This document shows, piece by piece, positions 18,509-30,554 of a stretch of DNA of 30,554 nucleotides. Each line of letters opens with the position of its first letter. The stretch's first letter is position 1. The translations under genes and the position numbers were made by a program. The notes beneath the pieces are model-generated. The model saw only the letters and a list, made by a program, of their open reading frames with translations. It made no database searches and was not told the origin of the DNA. This stretch comes from an uncultured Actinomycetota bacterium (GTDB taxonomy: Bacteria; Actinomycetota; Actinomycetes; JAFAQI01): contig CAVYQE010000003.1 in NCBI GenBank assembly GCA_963770565.1, positions 1 to 30,554 of the forward strand. Direction: 5' to 3'.

Positions 18509-18749
18509 TGCGTGTGCACCTGTCTTCTGCGACTGCGAACTTCGTTGTCCCCGTCGTACGAGGGTAGGGCACTCAAACGTGCCGCCGGGTCCAAAGCGAG
18601 CAGGTTTCACGGCTTCTAACGGCCCTAGTCGGACGGCCTAGGCCGAATGGGTGGTTGCGCTGGGCTACTCGGCCCATGGCTCAAGTAGGCCAACCGCCAG
18701 GGCGATGAACGACTAGGTACCGCCTAGTCATAGAAGTTGGTGTTGAGAC

Positions 18750-20858
<2,109 letters not shown>

Positions 20859-20921
20859 TACGCCACAGCCACAACCGTGGCCGGCTGTTACTGATGGTGT
20901 TGGGGTTCCAAATGATAGGCC

Positions 20922-20958
20922 GAACGAGTGAGTTTCCTCGGTGAACGAGTGAGTTTCC
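20922..20958 (+). repeat. Perfect 16-bp direct repeat GAACGAGTGAGTTTCC, two copies with a 21-bp period
   Basis: Copies at 20922-20937 and 20943-20958, in the intergenic region ~100 nt upstream of the ATG at 21062. Confidence 0.9.
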
Positions 20959-21061
20959 CCATCGCCCTGACGGATGTCTCCCGCCGCGTCTATCGTCTCG
21001 TTGCGACGTTGTGCGTCCCGGCGACTCTAAGCAGGACGGCACACGTTCACGGGAGACTCAC

Positions 21062-24000
21062 ATGCGCAGGGCCCGCATTGCCATTCCCCTGATCACGGCA
21101 GTTGTGGCTTCGACGTTCGCGTTCTGGGCGGCACCGGCGGCGCAAGCCGTCATGGCAGCGCAGTCGAACATCGTCAACGCGGCGCCACAGGCAAATACGC
21201 CTGATGTCAACAACGGCAAGGTGCTGGCGATTGCCCAGGTGGGCACTCAGATGTACCTCGGCGGGACGTTCACGTCGGTGAGCCCGCATGCCACGCCCGG
21301 GACGGTGTTCTCCCGCACCAGCATCCTGGCCTTCAACGCGGCGAGCGGCGCCATCGACACCGGCTTCGTGCCGGCGCTGACCGGGACTGACACGAGTGTC
21401 AACTCGATCATGCCGGGCCCGGCGCCCGGTGAGGTCTACATCGCGGGCAACTTCGCCGCTGTCAACGGCGTCACCGAACACGTCGCACTGCTGAACACGA
21501 GCAATGGCCAGATCGTCTCGACCTGGAAGCCGTCGGCCTTCAACGGCTTCGTCAACAAGATCGAGCTCGCGGACGGGATGCTCTTCGTCGGCGGCACGTT
21601 CACTGCGGTTGGCGGCGTCACCCACGAGGGTCTGGTCGCGATCGACCCGACTACCGGCAAGCTGCTGCCTTACGTGAACCTGGCCTTCGAGGGTCACCAC
21701 AACTACGGCGTCAACTGCTCCGGTGCCGGTTGTGCGAACGCTCCCACCGGGGTCAAGTCCTTCGACATCGACCCGTCCGGCCAGAACATGGTCCTGGTCG
21801 GCAACTTCACCAGCGTCGGCCCGGAGGGTGGCCCGCTGAGCCCGCGCGACCAGGTCGCCTACGTCACCCTCGGTGCGACCTCGGCCTCGCTCAATGCGGG
21901 CTGGGCGACGGACGCCTACACGGCCGCCTGCTTCACCGGCGCGTTCGACAGCTACATCCGCGAGGTGCAGTTCTCCACCGACGGCAGCTACTTCGTGATC
22001 GTGGGCACCGGCGGTAGCGGCACGAACAGCGACGGCACGAACTCCTCCTGTGACACCGCGGCTCGCTACGAGACCGATGGTACCGGCGCCGACGTGCGCC
22101 CGACCTGGATCGACTACACCGGGCAGGACAGCTGGTGGTCGGTCGCGATCACCGGCACCGCCGTGTACGTCGGCGGGCACAATCGGTGGGCCAACAACTC
22201 CCACGGGTACGACTTCGCCGGCCCGGGTGCGGTGCCGCGCTCAGGCATCGCTGCGCTCGATCCGCAGACCGGTCTGCCGTTCTCCTGGAACCCCGGCCGC
22301 CTCCCGCGTGGGGACGGCGCTCGCGCGCTGCTCGCCACGCCGACCGGCCTGTGGGTGGGCAGCGACACCGATTACATCGGCCCGATGACGATCCTGCACA
22401 AGAAGATCGCGTTCTTCCCGCTGGCCGGTGGTGAGGTGGTCCCCTCCAACGCGACCCCGACACTGCCCGGGCGGGTCTACACCGCGGGGGCGTTCCCTGC
22501 GGCGGGTACCAGCAACGTGCTCTACCGGATCGACGCGGGCGGCCCGACCATCCCGGCGATCGACAACGGTCCGGACTGGCAGGGCGACACCAGCGACCCG
22601 TCGCCGTACCGCAACGCTGGCAGCAATACGGCCGGCTACGCCCCGCTCACCCAGGTTGACAGCACCGTTCCGTCCTCGACGCCGTTGGGGATCTTCAGCA
22701 CCGAACGCTGGGATCCGGGCAACGACGTGGGCGACAACGGCAACATGCACTGGGCGTTCCCGGTGCCTGCCGGTGACGTGGTCGATGTCCGGCTCTACTT
22801 TGCCAACCGCTACAGCGGTACCAGCCAGGTGGGGCAGCGGGTCTTCAACGTCAGCATCGACGGTGTGTCGTTCCTGCACAACTTCGACATCGTGGCGACC
22901 GCCGGTGACCAGACCGGGACGATGAAGGACGAGACCCTGACCAGCGACGGTCAGGTCACGATCGAGTTCTCCCACGTCATGGAGAACCCGCTGATCAACG
23001 GCATCGAGATCGTGAAGGAGTCCGGGCCGACCGACTTCTCCAACCCGGTGCCGATCTACCGGGTCCACTCCGGTGGTGCGGAGATCAACGCCACTGACGG
23101 TCAGGCCGCGGACTGGCTCGAGGACGACGGCGACACCGTCGGCACCGGCGACGTGGTTCGCACCGGTGGCAACGTCGCTAACTGGGGCCAGCCGTGGAAC
23201 GGCACGGTCGGCCCGACGGTCCCGTCGTACGTGCCGGCGGACATCTTCTCCACCGAGCGCTGGGCACCGCAGACGCTACAGCTTCCCGGTCGCGGCCGGT
23301 ACGCCGCTGACGGTCAACCTGTTCATGGCCAACAACTGCAGCTGTACGCAGAACGCCGGCAACCGGATCTTCAACGTTGCGATCGACGGGAACCCGGTGC
23401 TGTCGAATTACGACATCGTGGCCGACGTCGGCAACCTGGTCGGTGAGATGAAGTCGTTCAACGTCACCGCGCCGGCCAACGGCATGGTCACGGTTGCGTT
23501 GACCAACGGACCGTCTGACAACGCCGTGATCAACGGCGTCGAGGTGGACCAGACCGGCCCGACTCCGATCCCGCCGGCGGTCAATGTCGACCGGTTGAGC
23601 TACCGCCACTACGACGGTACGACGGCGGGGTCCGAGGTCACGCTGTCCAGCAGCATCCCGTGGGGCTCGATCCGTGGCGCGTTCATGGTCAACGGCGAGC
23701 TGTTCTACGGCAAGACCGACGGCAACCTCTACGAGCGCACCTACAACGGCTCGACGTTCGGTCCCGAGGTCCTGCTCGACCCGTGGGCCGATCCCGTCTG
23801 GGCGAACGTCCAGACCGGGTCCGGGCAGACCTATCTCGGTCAGGAGTCGACGATCGGGGCCGAGATCCCGTCGATCTCGTCGATGTTCTACACGAACGGC
23901 CGGATCTACTACACGCTGGCCGGTAACCCGACGATGTACTGGCGCTGGTTCGAGACCGACGACGGCATCGTGGGCTCGGACGAGTTCACCGTGAACGACG

Positions 24001-26029
24001 GCGAGAACTGGTCCGACGTCGCGGGCGCCTTCCTGTCCGGCAACACGCTCTACTACGCCGACAAGGCCACCGGAGAGCTGTTCTCGATCGCGTGGAACGG
24101 CACCCAGGCGACCGGTGCGCCGAGCGTCGCGGACACCTCCACCGACTGGGCCAGCCGAGGCATCTTCATGCTCGCGGATGCGACCAACCCGAACCAGCCG
24201 CCGGTGGCCGACTTCACCGCGACCTGCTCGGCGACGTCGAACGCCTGCACGCTGGATGACTCGGCGTCGATGGATCCGGACGGAGCGATCACCGACTACA
24301 CGTGGAACTACGGCGACGGCTCGCCCATCGACGACCACGTGAACGACGCCACGCCGTTCTCGCACAACTTCGGCGCGCCGGGCAAGTACACGGTGTCGCT
24401 GACGGTCACCGACAACGACGGTGCGACCAACACCAAGACCAAGACGATCACGGTCGGGCGAGTCCACCCCGGTTCCACCTTCGCGGGCGTTGCGTCTGCA
24501 TGCGGTCCTGGCACCGGAGCCTGCGGCAGCAGCGCAACCACCGTCGTTCCGGTGCCGTCCAGCACCGCCAAGGGCGACGCGTTGCTGATGTTCGTGACCT
24601 GGCCGACCATCACGACCACCAGCGCATCGGCGCCGTCGGGCTGGACGTTGCTCGGCAAGGACTCGAGCAGCCCGCTCGAGTCGGACGTCTACTACCGCAC
24701 CGCAACAGGCGGTGACGTCGGCTCGACCGAGACGGTGACGTTCAGCGCGAAGACCAAGAACTCGGTGACCATCGCCGACTACCACGGCGCGGACTCGAAC
24801 ACCATCGAGGCCTCGGCGAAGGCCTTCGACTCGAACACCGCCAACCACGTGTCGCCGACCACCACGGTCTCGACCGACGGCAGCCTCGCGGTCTCGTTCT
24901 GGGCCGACAAGTCCTCGACGACGACCGCGTGGGCTCCGCCGGCGGGCGTGACCACCCAGGCGAACACGTTCGACACCGGTGGCGGCTACGTCACCTCGTT
25001 GCTCGCCGATTCGGGGTCAACCGTCAACAGCGGAAGCTATGGCGGTCTGGCCGCGAAGACGAGCCCCGGGACGCAGCGGCAAGGGGGTGGAGTGGACGAT
25101 CATCCTGGCGCCGCTGGGCACGACCAACGCGCCCCCGGTCGCGGGGTTTACCTCGGACTGCAGCACGCCCTTGGTCTGCACGTTCGACGGCTCGGGTTCG
25201 TTCGACCCGGACGGCAATGTGAGTGAGCTGGGCGTGGACCTTCGGCGACGGCAACACTCAGGCCGCGAGCGGCTCGTCGAGTGCGTCGAACACCTACGCG
25301 GTGCCGGGCACCTACCCGGTGACGTTGACGGTGACCGACAACGGCGGCGCGACCACCTCGATCACGCATTCGGTGACCGTCAACGGCGCGATTGCCAACA
25401 TCGGGTTCGGGGGCGCCAACACCTTCGACAACACCAGTGCGAGCCCGAGCGTGGGGATTCCGGGCTCGACCGCGAGCGGTGACACGCTGCTGCTCTTCGC
25501 GTCGTACGCATCCACGTCGATCGCGCCGACCTCGCCGTCCACGCTGACCGGCTGGACGCTGGTAGGCACCAAGACGGCCAGCAACCTGACCAGCCTGGTA
25601 TACGAGAAGGCGGCCGGCCCGTCCGACCTCCTGCCAGGGGCGTCGGCCACGCTGGGACTGTCCGGGTCGGTCAAGGCGAGCCTCACGATCGCCGACTACA
25701 CCAATGTGTCGGCCACCCCGATCGAGAGCAGTGCTTCGGCGACATCGAGCGGCACCTCGCACGTCGCCTCGGCGCTCGCCGGGCTGGCAAGCGGGACCTG
25801 GGTGGTCTCGTACTGGACAGACAAGTCGACCACGACCTCGCTCTGGACGCTGCCCGGCGCGGTCATGCAGCGTGCAACGGTCTACGGGACGGCGGGCGGA
25901 GCGATCAGCGCGGCGCTCGGCGACTCCGGCACCGCCGTCAGCGGCAGCTACCCTGCACAGACGGCGATGACCAATGTGTCGAGTGGCTCGGCAGTGCAGT
26001 GGAGCATCGCACTGTCGCCCGCCTCGTAG
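21062..26029 (+). CDS. Giant secreted protein (~1650 aa): beta-propeller-like region, two malectin domains, PKD, beta-rich domain, PKD, beta-rich domain; three apparent +1 frameshifts (~23275, ~25073, ~25222)
   Basis: Signal peptide ending AQA; repeats YLGGTFT/LFVGGTFT/YVGG; malectin motifs LYRIDAGG, ERW, GQRVFNVSIDG, FDIV, PLINGIEI (twice); PKD motifs PPVADFT, DPDG, WNYGDG, PGKYTVSLTVTDNDG (twice); GGGAG RBS at 21051-21055. Joins ORFs 21011, 23073, 24979 and 25223. Confidence 0.85.
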
Positions 26030-26059
26030 CGATCCGGGGATCCAGCAGGGGAGAGGTGA

Positions 26060-29000
26060 ATGCGCGGGAAACCTCGGCTAAGTTCCCGCGCGCTCGCCTC
26101 TCGCCTCTGGATCGTCACACTCGCAGGGATCGGCCTCATCGCGTCGAATGCACTGTGGGCCCCGCTGGCCGCGAGCGCTTATCAGGCTGACCAGCTGACG
26201 CTTGTCAATGCGGTTCCCGCACCGAACACTCCGAATATCAACGATGGCATCGTGTACGCGATCGGCCAGGTTGGCACCAAGATCATCGTCGGGGGTACCT
26301 TTACGTCAGCCAGTCCGGCTAGGCAACCGGCCACGATATATCGGCTTCGCAATACGCTCGCGTTCAACGCCAAGACCGGCAAGGTCGACCACACCGGCTT
26401 CCTGCCGATCGTCAACGGCCCGGTCTACACCGTCATTCCGGGCCCGGCGCCGCACGAGGTTTACATCGGCGGCGCGTTCACCAGGGTCGACGGTCGCAGT
26501 ATGGACGTCGCGCTGCTGAAGACCACCACCGGAGCGGTGGTGTCGTCGTGGCGACCGACACCGATCAGCGGCGAGGTCAACCGGCTGGTGCTCTCCCACG
26601 GCCGGCTCTACGTCGGCGGCTACCTCTCGAAGGTCGGCGGGCCCGGCGCTCACTATTTCCGCGACCTGGTTGTGCTCAACCCGACGTCCGGCCGGATCAG
26701 GCCGTACGTAAGGCTGACCTTCACCGGACACCACAGCTACGGCACGAAGTGCAACCCGGCCAAGGCGAACTGTGCGGACGGGCGGCTTGGTATCAAGGCA
26801 TTCGACGTCAACCGGGCCGGCACCAAGCTGATCGCGGTCGGGAACTTCACAGACATCTCCGGTTCGCACCGAGACCAGGTGGCCATGATCGATCTTCGTA
26901 AGTCCTCGGCCGTGGTCAACCCGAAGTGGAACACCTTGGCCTACACCGCCACGTGCATCGACCACGCGTTCGACAGCGACGTTCGCGACGTGCAGTTCTC
27001 GCCGAACGGGGCCTACTTCGTGATTGCCTCGGCGGGCGGTGTCGGGACGAACAGCGACGGCACGCAGTCGAGATGTGATCGGCCGCGCGGTACGAGACGA
27101 ACGGCAGCGGTGCCAACGTGCGGCCGACCTGGATCGACTACAGCGGCGAGGACTCACTGTGGTCGGTCGCGATCACCGGCCGGGCGATCTATGTCGGCGG
27201 GCACCAGCGCTGGATGAACAACACTTTCGGGCGCAACGCGGCCGGCAGCCGGTGCGGTCCCGCGTCCGGGCATCGCGGCGCTCAGCCCGCAGAACGGATT
27301 GCCGCTGTCGTGGAATCCGGGTCGCGACCCGCGCGGGGTCGGCATGCTATGCGTTGCTCGCAACCTCTGCTGGCCTGTGGATCGGCAGCGACACCAACTA
27401 CATCGGGCCCGAGAAGTACTTCCGCGCCAAGGTGGCGTTCTTCCCGCTCACGCACGGGACCGCGATTCCCCCTGACCCGACGCCGAAGGCGCCGGGACGA
27501 ATCTATCTGGTGGGTGCCACCGCGACCGGGGCTCCGGACCCGGATCGGCTCGTCTATCGCGAGTTCGACGGGACGACTGCGGGCGCCGCGGAGCGGTTGA
27601 CGACAGGCCTCGCCTGGGGTTCGGTCGACGGTGCGTTCGATGTCGATGGGAAGTTAATCTACGGCAAGTCGGATGGCTATGGCAGTTCGGGCAACCTGTT
27701 CGAACGAAGCTTCAACGGATCGACGTTCGGGACCCGAGGTCGAGCTCGACCCGTACAACGATCCGGTGTGGGACAGCGTCGAGACCGGGTCCGGTCAGAC
27801 CTATCAGGGCAAGGCTCCGAGTCTCGCGATTCAGTTCCCGTCGATCACGTCGATGTTCTTCTCGGCCGGCCGGCTGTTCTATTCGCTGAAGGGTCAGTCG
27901 AATCTGCACTGGCGGTGGTTCAACCCCGAGTCCGGTGTGGTCGGTGCGGATCAGTTCGTCGTCTCCGACGGCCTGGACTGGTCGACGGTCGCCGGCGCGG
28001 TGCTGTCCGCGAAGCACGGTGTACTACGCGGACAAGGCGACCGGTGAGCTTCGAGCTCTGCATTGGACCGGACAAGGAACCAGCGGATCGAGCCGGCTCG
28101 TCAACGATTCGACCGACTGGGCCAGCCGTGGCGCTGTTCTTGTTGTCGGGACAAGACCAATCCGACTACCAAGCCGTCGGCGGCCTTCAGCGGCAGCTGC
28201 GGTCACAATGCAACCTGCACGTTCACGGCGACCCCATGGGTCGACCCCGATGGCGGGGTGGTGAAGTACTCCTGGAACTTCGGAGACGGAGCAGTGACGC
28301 CGTTCATCGACGTCGACGTCGGTGTCACACCGCTTCGCCGCGAACGGTGTCCATCCGGTGAAGCTCACCGTTCGGGTGACGTCGGGCGCGGAAGCCTCGG
28401 TTCGCCACTCGATGACGGTCTCGGCGCCGACCGAAGCCGTGAAGTTCGTCGGTGCCTCGACCGGCGAGGGCACCGGCACAAAGGTGGGCCTGGTCATCCC
28501 GCGGCGATCGGCTACTGGGGATGCCCTATTGATGTTCGACTCGTACGCGTCGTCAACGGCCCGGATGAGCCCTCCAGAGGGTTGGACATTGGTGGGCCGC
28601 ACACATGCGCGTGCGCTCACGACGGTGGTCTACGAGAAGAGTGCGACGGTGCGCGACGGCGGTCGACGCGTGTCAGTCAAATACTCGCGACGGGTCCGCT
28701 CCTGCTTGATTCTTGCCGTCTACGGTCAGACCTCGGGCGCCCCAATCGAGGCGTCGGCTTCACGGACTAGCTCCGCGGCGCGGTCGTATCCCGCTCCAAC
28801 GCTGCACGCATTGACTGCCGGAACTTGGGTTCTTGGGTTCTGGGCCCGGCTTTCCAGCCGACCAATGTCTTGGCGACTTTCGCCTGGTCTGACGGAGCGG
28901 GTGACAGTCCGTAGTCCTGGTCGGCCGGTGGACGGATCGTTGCTTGCGGACGCCGGCGCGCCGTGCCAAGGCACTTGCAGGCTGGGGCCGGTGACGACAC

Positions 29001-29065
29001 GGCGGGTCAGCCAGGCTGCGTCTCGCTGGGCAATCGCGCTCTCACCCCGGCTGAGCACCCGATAG
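26060..29065 (+). CDS. Paralogous secreted beta-propeller/PKD protein (~1000 aa) without malectin domains; about eight apparent frameshifts between 27080 and 28325 (sequence errors or pseudogene)
   Basis: Colinear with the upstream protein: NTPNINDG, VGGTFT, RDQVA, VQFSPNGAYFV, VRPTWIDY, SWNPGR, AFFPL, VETGSGQTY, DWASRG, WNFGDG, TGDALLMF, WAIALSP. AGGGGAGAGG upstream; no in-frame nonsense codons seen in the reconstructed path. Confidence 0.75.
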
Positions 29066-29067
29066 GG

Positions 29068-29685
29068 TCACGAGCCAGCGGTCGGGTCCCGTGGATACGG
29101 GGTGTTGGCGGTTACGGAAGATCGTTCACGCCCCACTTGACCAGGCAGCCTAGTGCCGCGCGCACGGGGTCGCCTCGCGACGGAGTCGATCAGTTCCCCG
29201 ACCTTCCACACGGCGGAGTCTTGAAGAGCGCCGTTGACCGGCACGACAATTCGTGGAGCTTCCAATGCGGCAGTAAGTTCAGTCCGGAAATCTGCCTCGC
29301 TTTCTACCCGGGCGACTAGCCCGAGCGCGTGCAGTCGCGAGGTAAAGATGAGCTGATGGTCGTCTACGTGCTCGCCAAGCCGCGACTGGCGCGGCACCGC
29401 GATCGGCCGGTGGCCCAGCAAGCGTGCCTCCGATAGCGTGGTCGGACCACCGCTCGAGACGACGGCGCGCGCATTAGCCATCGCACGTAGGAGGTCGTCG
29501 TGGTCGATGTAGGCGCATGCTTCTGCTCCTTCGGGCGGCCGAGCAGTGCCGTGCTGCACTAGGCAGCGCACCTGCTCGCCCTCGTCAGCAAGCCAGTCCT
29601 CGACCCAGCGCATGAGCCGGTCGAACGGGTGATGGTCGCCCCCAACGGTGACCACGACGAGCGGCTTTTGAAAGGCGCCGTTCAT
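29068..29685 (-). CDS. PssE/Cps14G (Alg13-like) glycosyltransferase subunit
   Basis: VVVTVGGDHHPFDRL, VQHG, GGPTT, VPR, GEHVDDHQ; ATG at 29685 overlaps the upstream stop (ATGA). Confidence 0.9.
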   Translation of the reverse strand: MNGAFQKPLVVVTVGGDHHPFDRLMRWVEDWLADEGEQVRCLVQHGTARPPEGAEACAYIDHDDLLRAMANARAVVSSGGPTTLSEARLLGHRPIAVPRQSRLGEHVDDHQLIFTSRLHALGLVARVESEADFRTELTAALEAPRIVVPVNGALQDSAVWKVGELIDSVARRPRARGTRLPGQVGRERSSVTANTPYPRDPTAGS

Positions 29686-30248
29686 AGCAGAGGCCCGACA
29701 AGAGTTGAGCCCGGGTATAACTGCTGCTGCTCCGGCCATTGAACGACGAACCGGCTGGACAGTGGCTTACAGAGCCGGCCTGACAATGTACGGGTGTCCA
29801 TTCGATCGTAAACCTCAATGAAGACAGTGGGTATGCGATAGGCACGGGCGACCAAGAAGAACGGCAGTGCGACGCCAGCGCCGGTGGACACCACAACGTC
29901 CGGCCGTTCCCTACGGATTGTGCGCAAGGCCAGGGCGCCGTTGCGAATGAGGTTTGGAAGGTTACGTGTCGTGGGCCAGTGTGCCCAGACGACCTGTTCA
30001 CCAAGCAACTTCGATCGTGCATCGGGCAGGTCGAAGGAGACCCACAGCCGTTCACGCGCCTGCCACCACGCCCGAAGCCCGAGCAATTGGGCGAGGTGAC
30101 CGCCATTGGAGGCGACAAACATTACCCGCGGTCGAAGACGCGGAACCTCGCTGACTGACCTTGAGCGGTCGCCGTTCAGATCTATGACCAGATCGGGCTT
30201 CGGGCCTGACATGGCCGCAGACCCATCGTGCGTCATTGGCCGCGACAC
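29682..30248 (-). CDS. PssD/Cps14F (Alg14-like) glycosyltransferase subunit
   Basis: ASNGGHLAQL, PTTRN, RPDVVVSTGAGVALPF, VFIEVYDR, TLSGR and VQW; start uncertain (30248, 30236 or 30212). Confidence 0.9.
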   Translation of the reverse strand: MSRPMTHDGSAAMSGPKPDLVIDLNGDRSRSVSEVPRLRPRVMFVASNGGHLAQLLGLRAWWQARERLWVSFDLPDARSKLLGEQVVWAHWPTTRNLPNLIRNGALALRTIRRERPDVVVSTGAGVALPFFLVARAYRIPTVFIEVYDRMDTRTLSGRLCKPLSSRFVVQWPEQQQLYPGSTLVGPLL

Positions 30249-30462
30249 GTTAGAAGCACCGCCCCGTGTGTGTGAATCCTCAAACGGCTGCTCATGACAA
30301 TTGCCAACCCCCAGCCGCTTCTGTATCTAGTTTGCCTTACCGAGCCGGGTCGCGCCACTCGTACTGAAGGCCTGTTCGGCCCAACTTAGGGTCGGCCAAA
30401 TGGCGCACCCGCGAGGTGACGGCGCATGCCGCCTGCCTTCAGTCGTATCGTCGATGGTCCAT

Positions 30463-30554
30463 ATGGCCATCGACGGACTCCTTGCAGTCGTTCGCTCAGA
30501 TCCTGCGCTCGCCGCGTTGGTGACGGCAGCAGGTGCCTCGGAACTCGACATCTC
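30463..30554 (+). CDS. mfd: Probable N-terminus of transcription-repair coupling factor, truncated by window edge
   Basis: Reads MAIDGLLAVVRSDPALAALVTAAGASELDI, resembling actinobacterial Mfd N-termini (GLL..V..DPAL....A...D); mfd is a known neighbour of the glmU-prs-rplY-pth region. Only 30 codons are visible and it is not in the ORF track. Confidence 0.6.
   Translation, partial: MAIDGLLAVVRSDPALAALVTAAGASELDI

Noticed and set aside
14339-18610. 1423-aa ORF suggesting a Wzc-kinase megafusion
   Set aside because: The middle third is an off-frame Arg/Ala/Pro-rich reading of the Wzy gene; one frameshift near 17060-17100 explains it, and GTGA overlaps at 16962-16965 and 15574-15577 define three separate genes.
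20922-20958. Possible mini-CRISPR
   Set aside because: Only two 16-bp copies with a 5-nt gap, no spacer-length sequence and no cas genes.
23260-25230. Programmed frameshifting or phase variation in the giant protein
   Set aside because: No common slippery sequence or long homopolymer at the shift sites, and similar indels hit unrelated genes including rplY.
30327-30551. 74-aa minus-strand ORF at the right edge
   Set aside because: No motif; it overlaps the better-supported plus-strand Mfd-like start and the promoter motifs.

Overview
High-GC actinobacterial chromosomal segment. The left part is a conserved core neighbourhood: 3' end of an ABC-F ATPase, acyl-CoA desaturase, tRNA-Gln(UUG), glmU, prs, rplY, pth and a ybjQ-family gene. 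The right edge carries the probable start of mfd. Three accessory blocks interrupt the core: (1) an HTH plus LAGLIDADG-like orphan immediately upstream of tRNA-Gln, preceded by a DnaA-type box; (2) a GH26-like hydrolase and an RmlD-like reductase between prs and rplY; (3) a ~21.5 kb Wzx/Wzy-type polysaccharide locus (8775-30248). The third block encodes two different sulfotransferases, an APH-fold kinase, a Wzc-like copolymerase with a degenerate kinase domain, GT2 and PssD/PssE-like glycosyltransferases, two more GH26-like hydrolases and two paralogous giant secreted beta-propeller/PKD proteins, one carrying tandem malectin domains. A shared ~16-bp motif recurs in its promoter regions. The best candidate for an undescribed system is a sulfated, possibly also phosphorylated, actinobacterial exopolysaccharide matrix with its own hydrolases and lectin-like proteins. 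About 15 single-base frameshifts split or fuse ORFs, probably long-read errors. Family calls come from motif recognition only; no searches were run.
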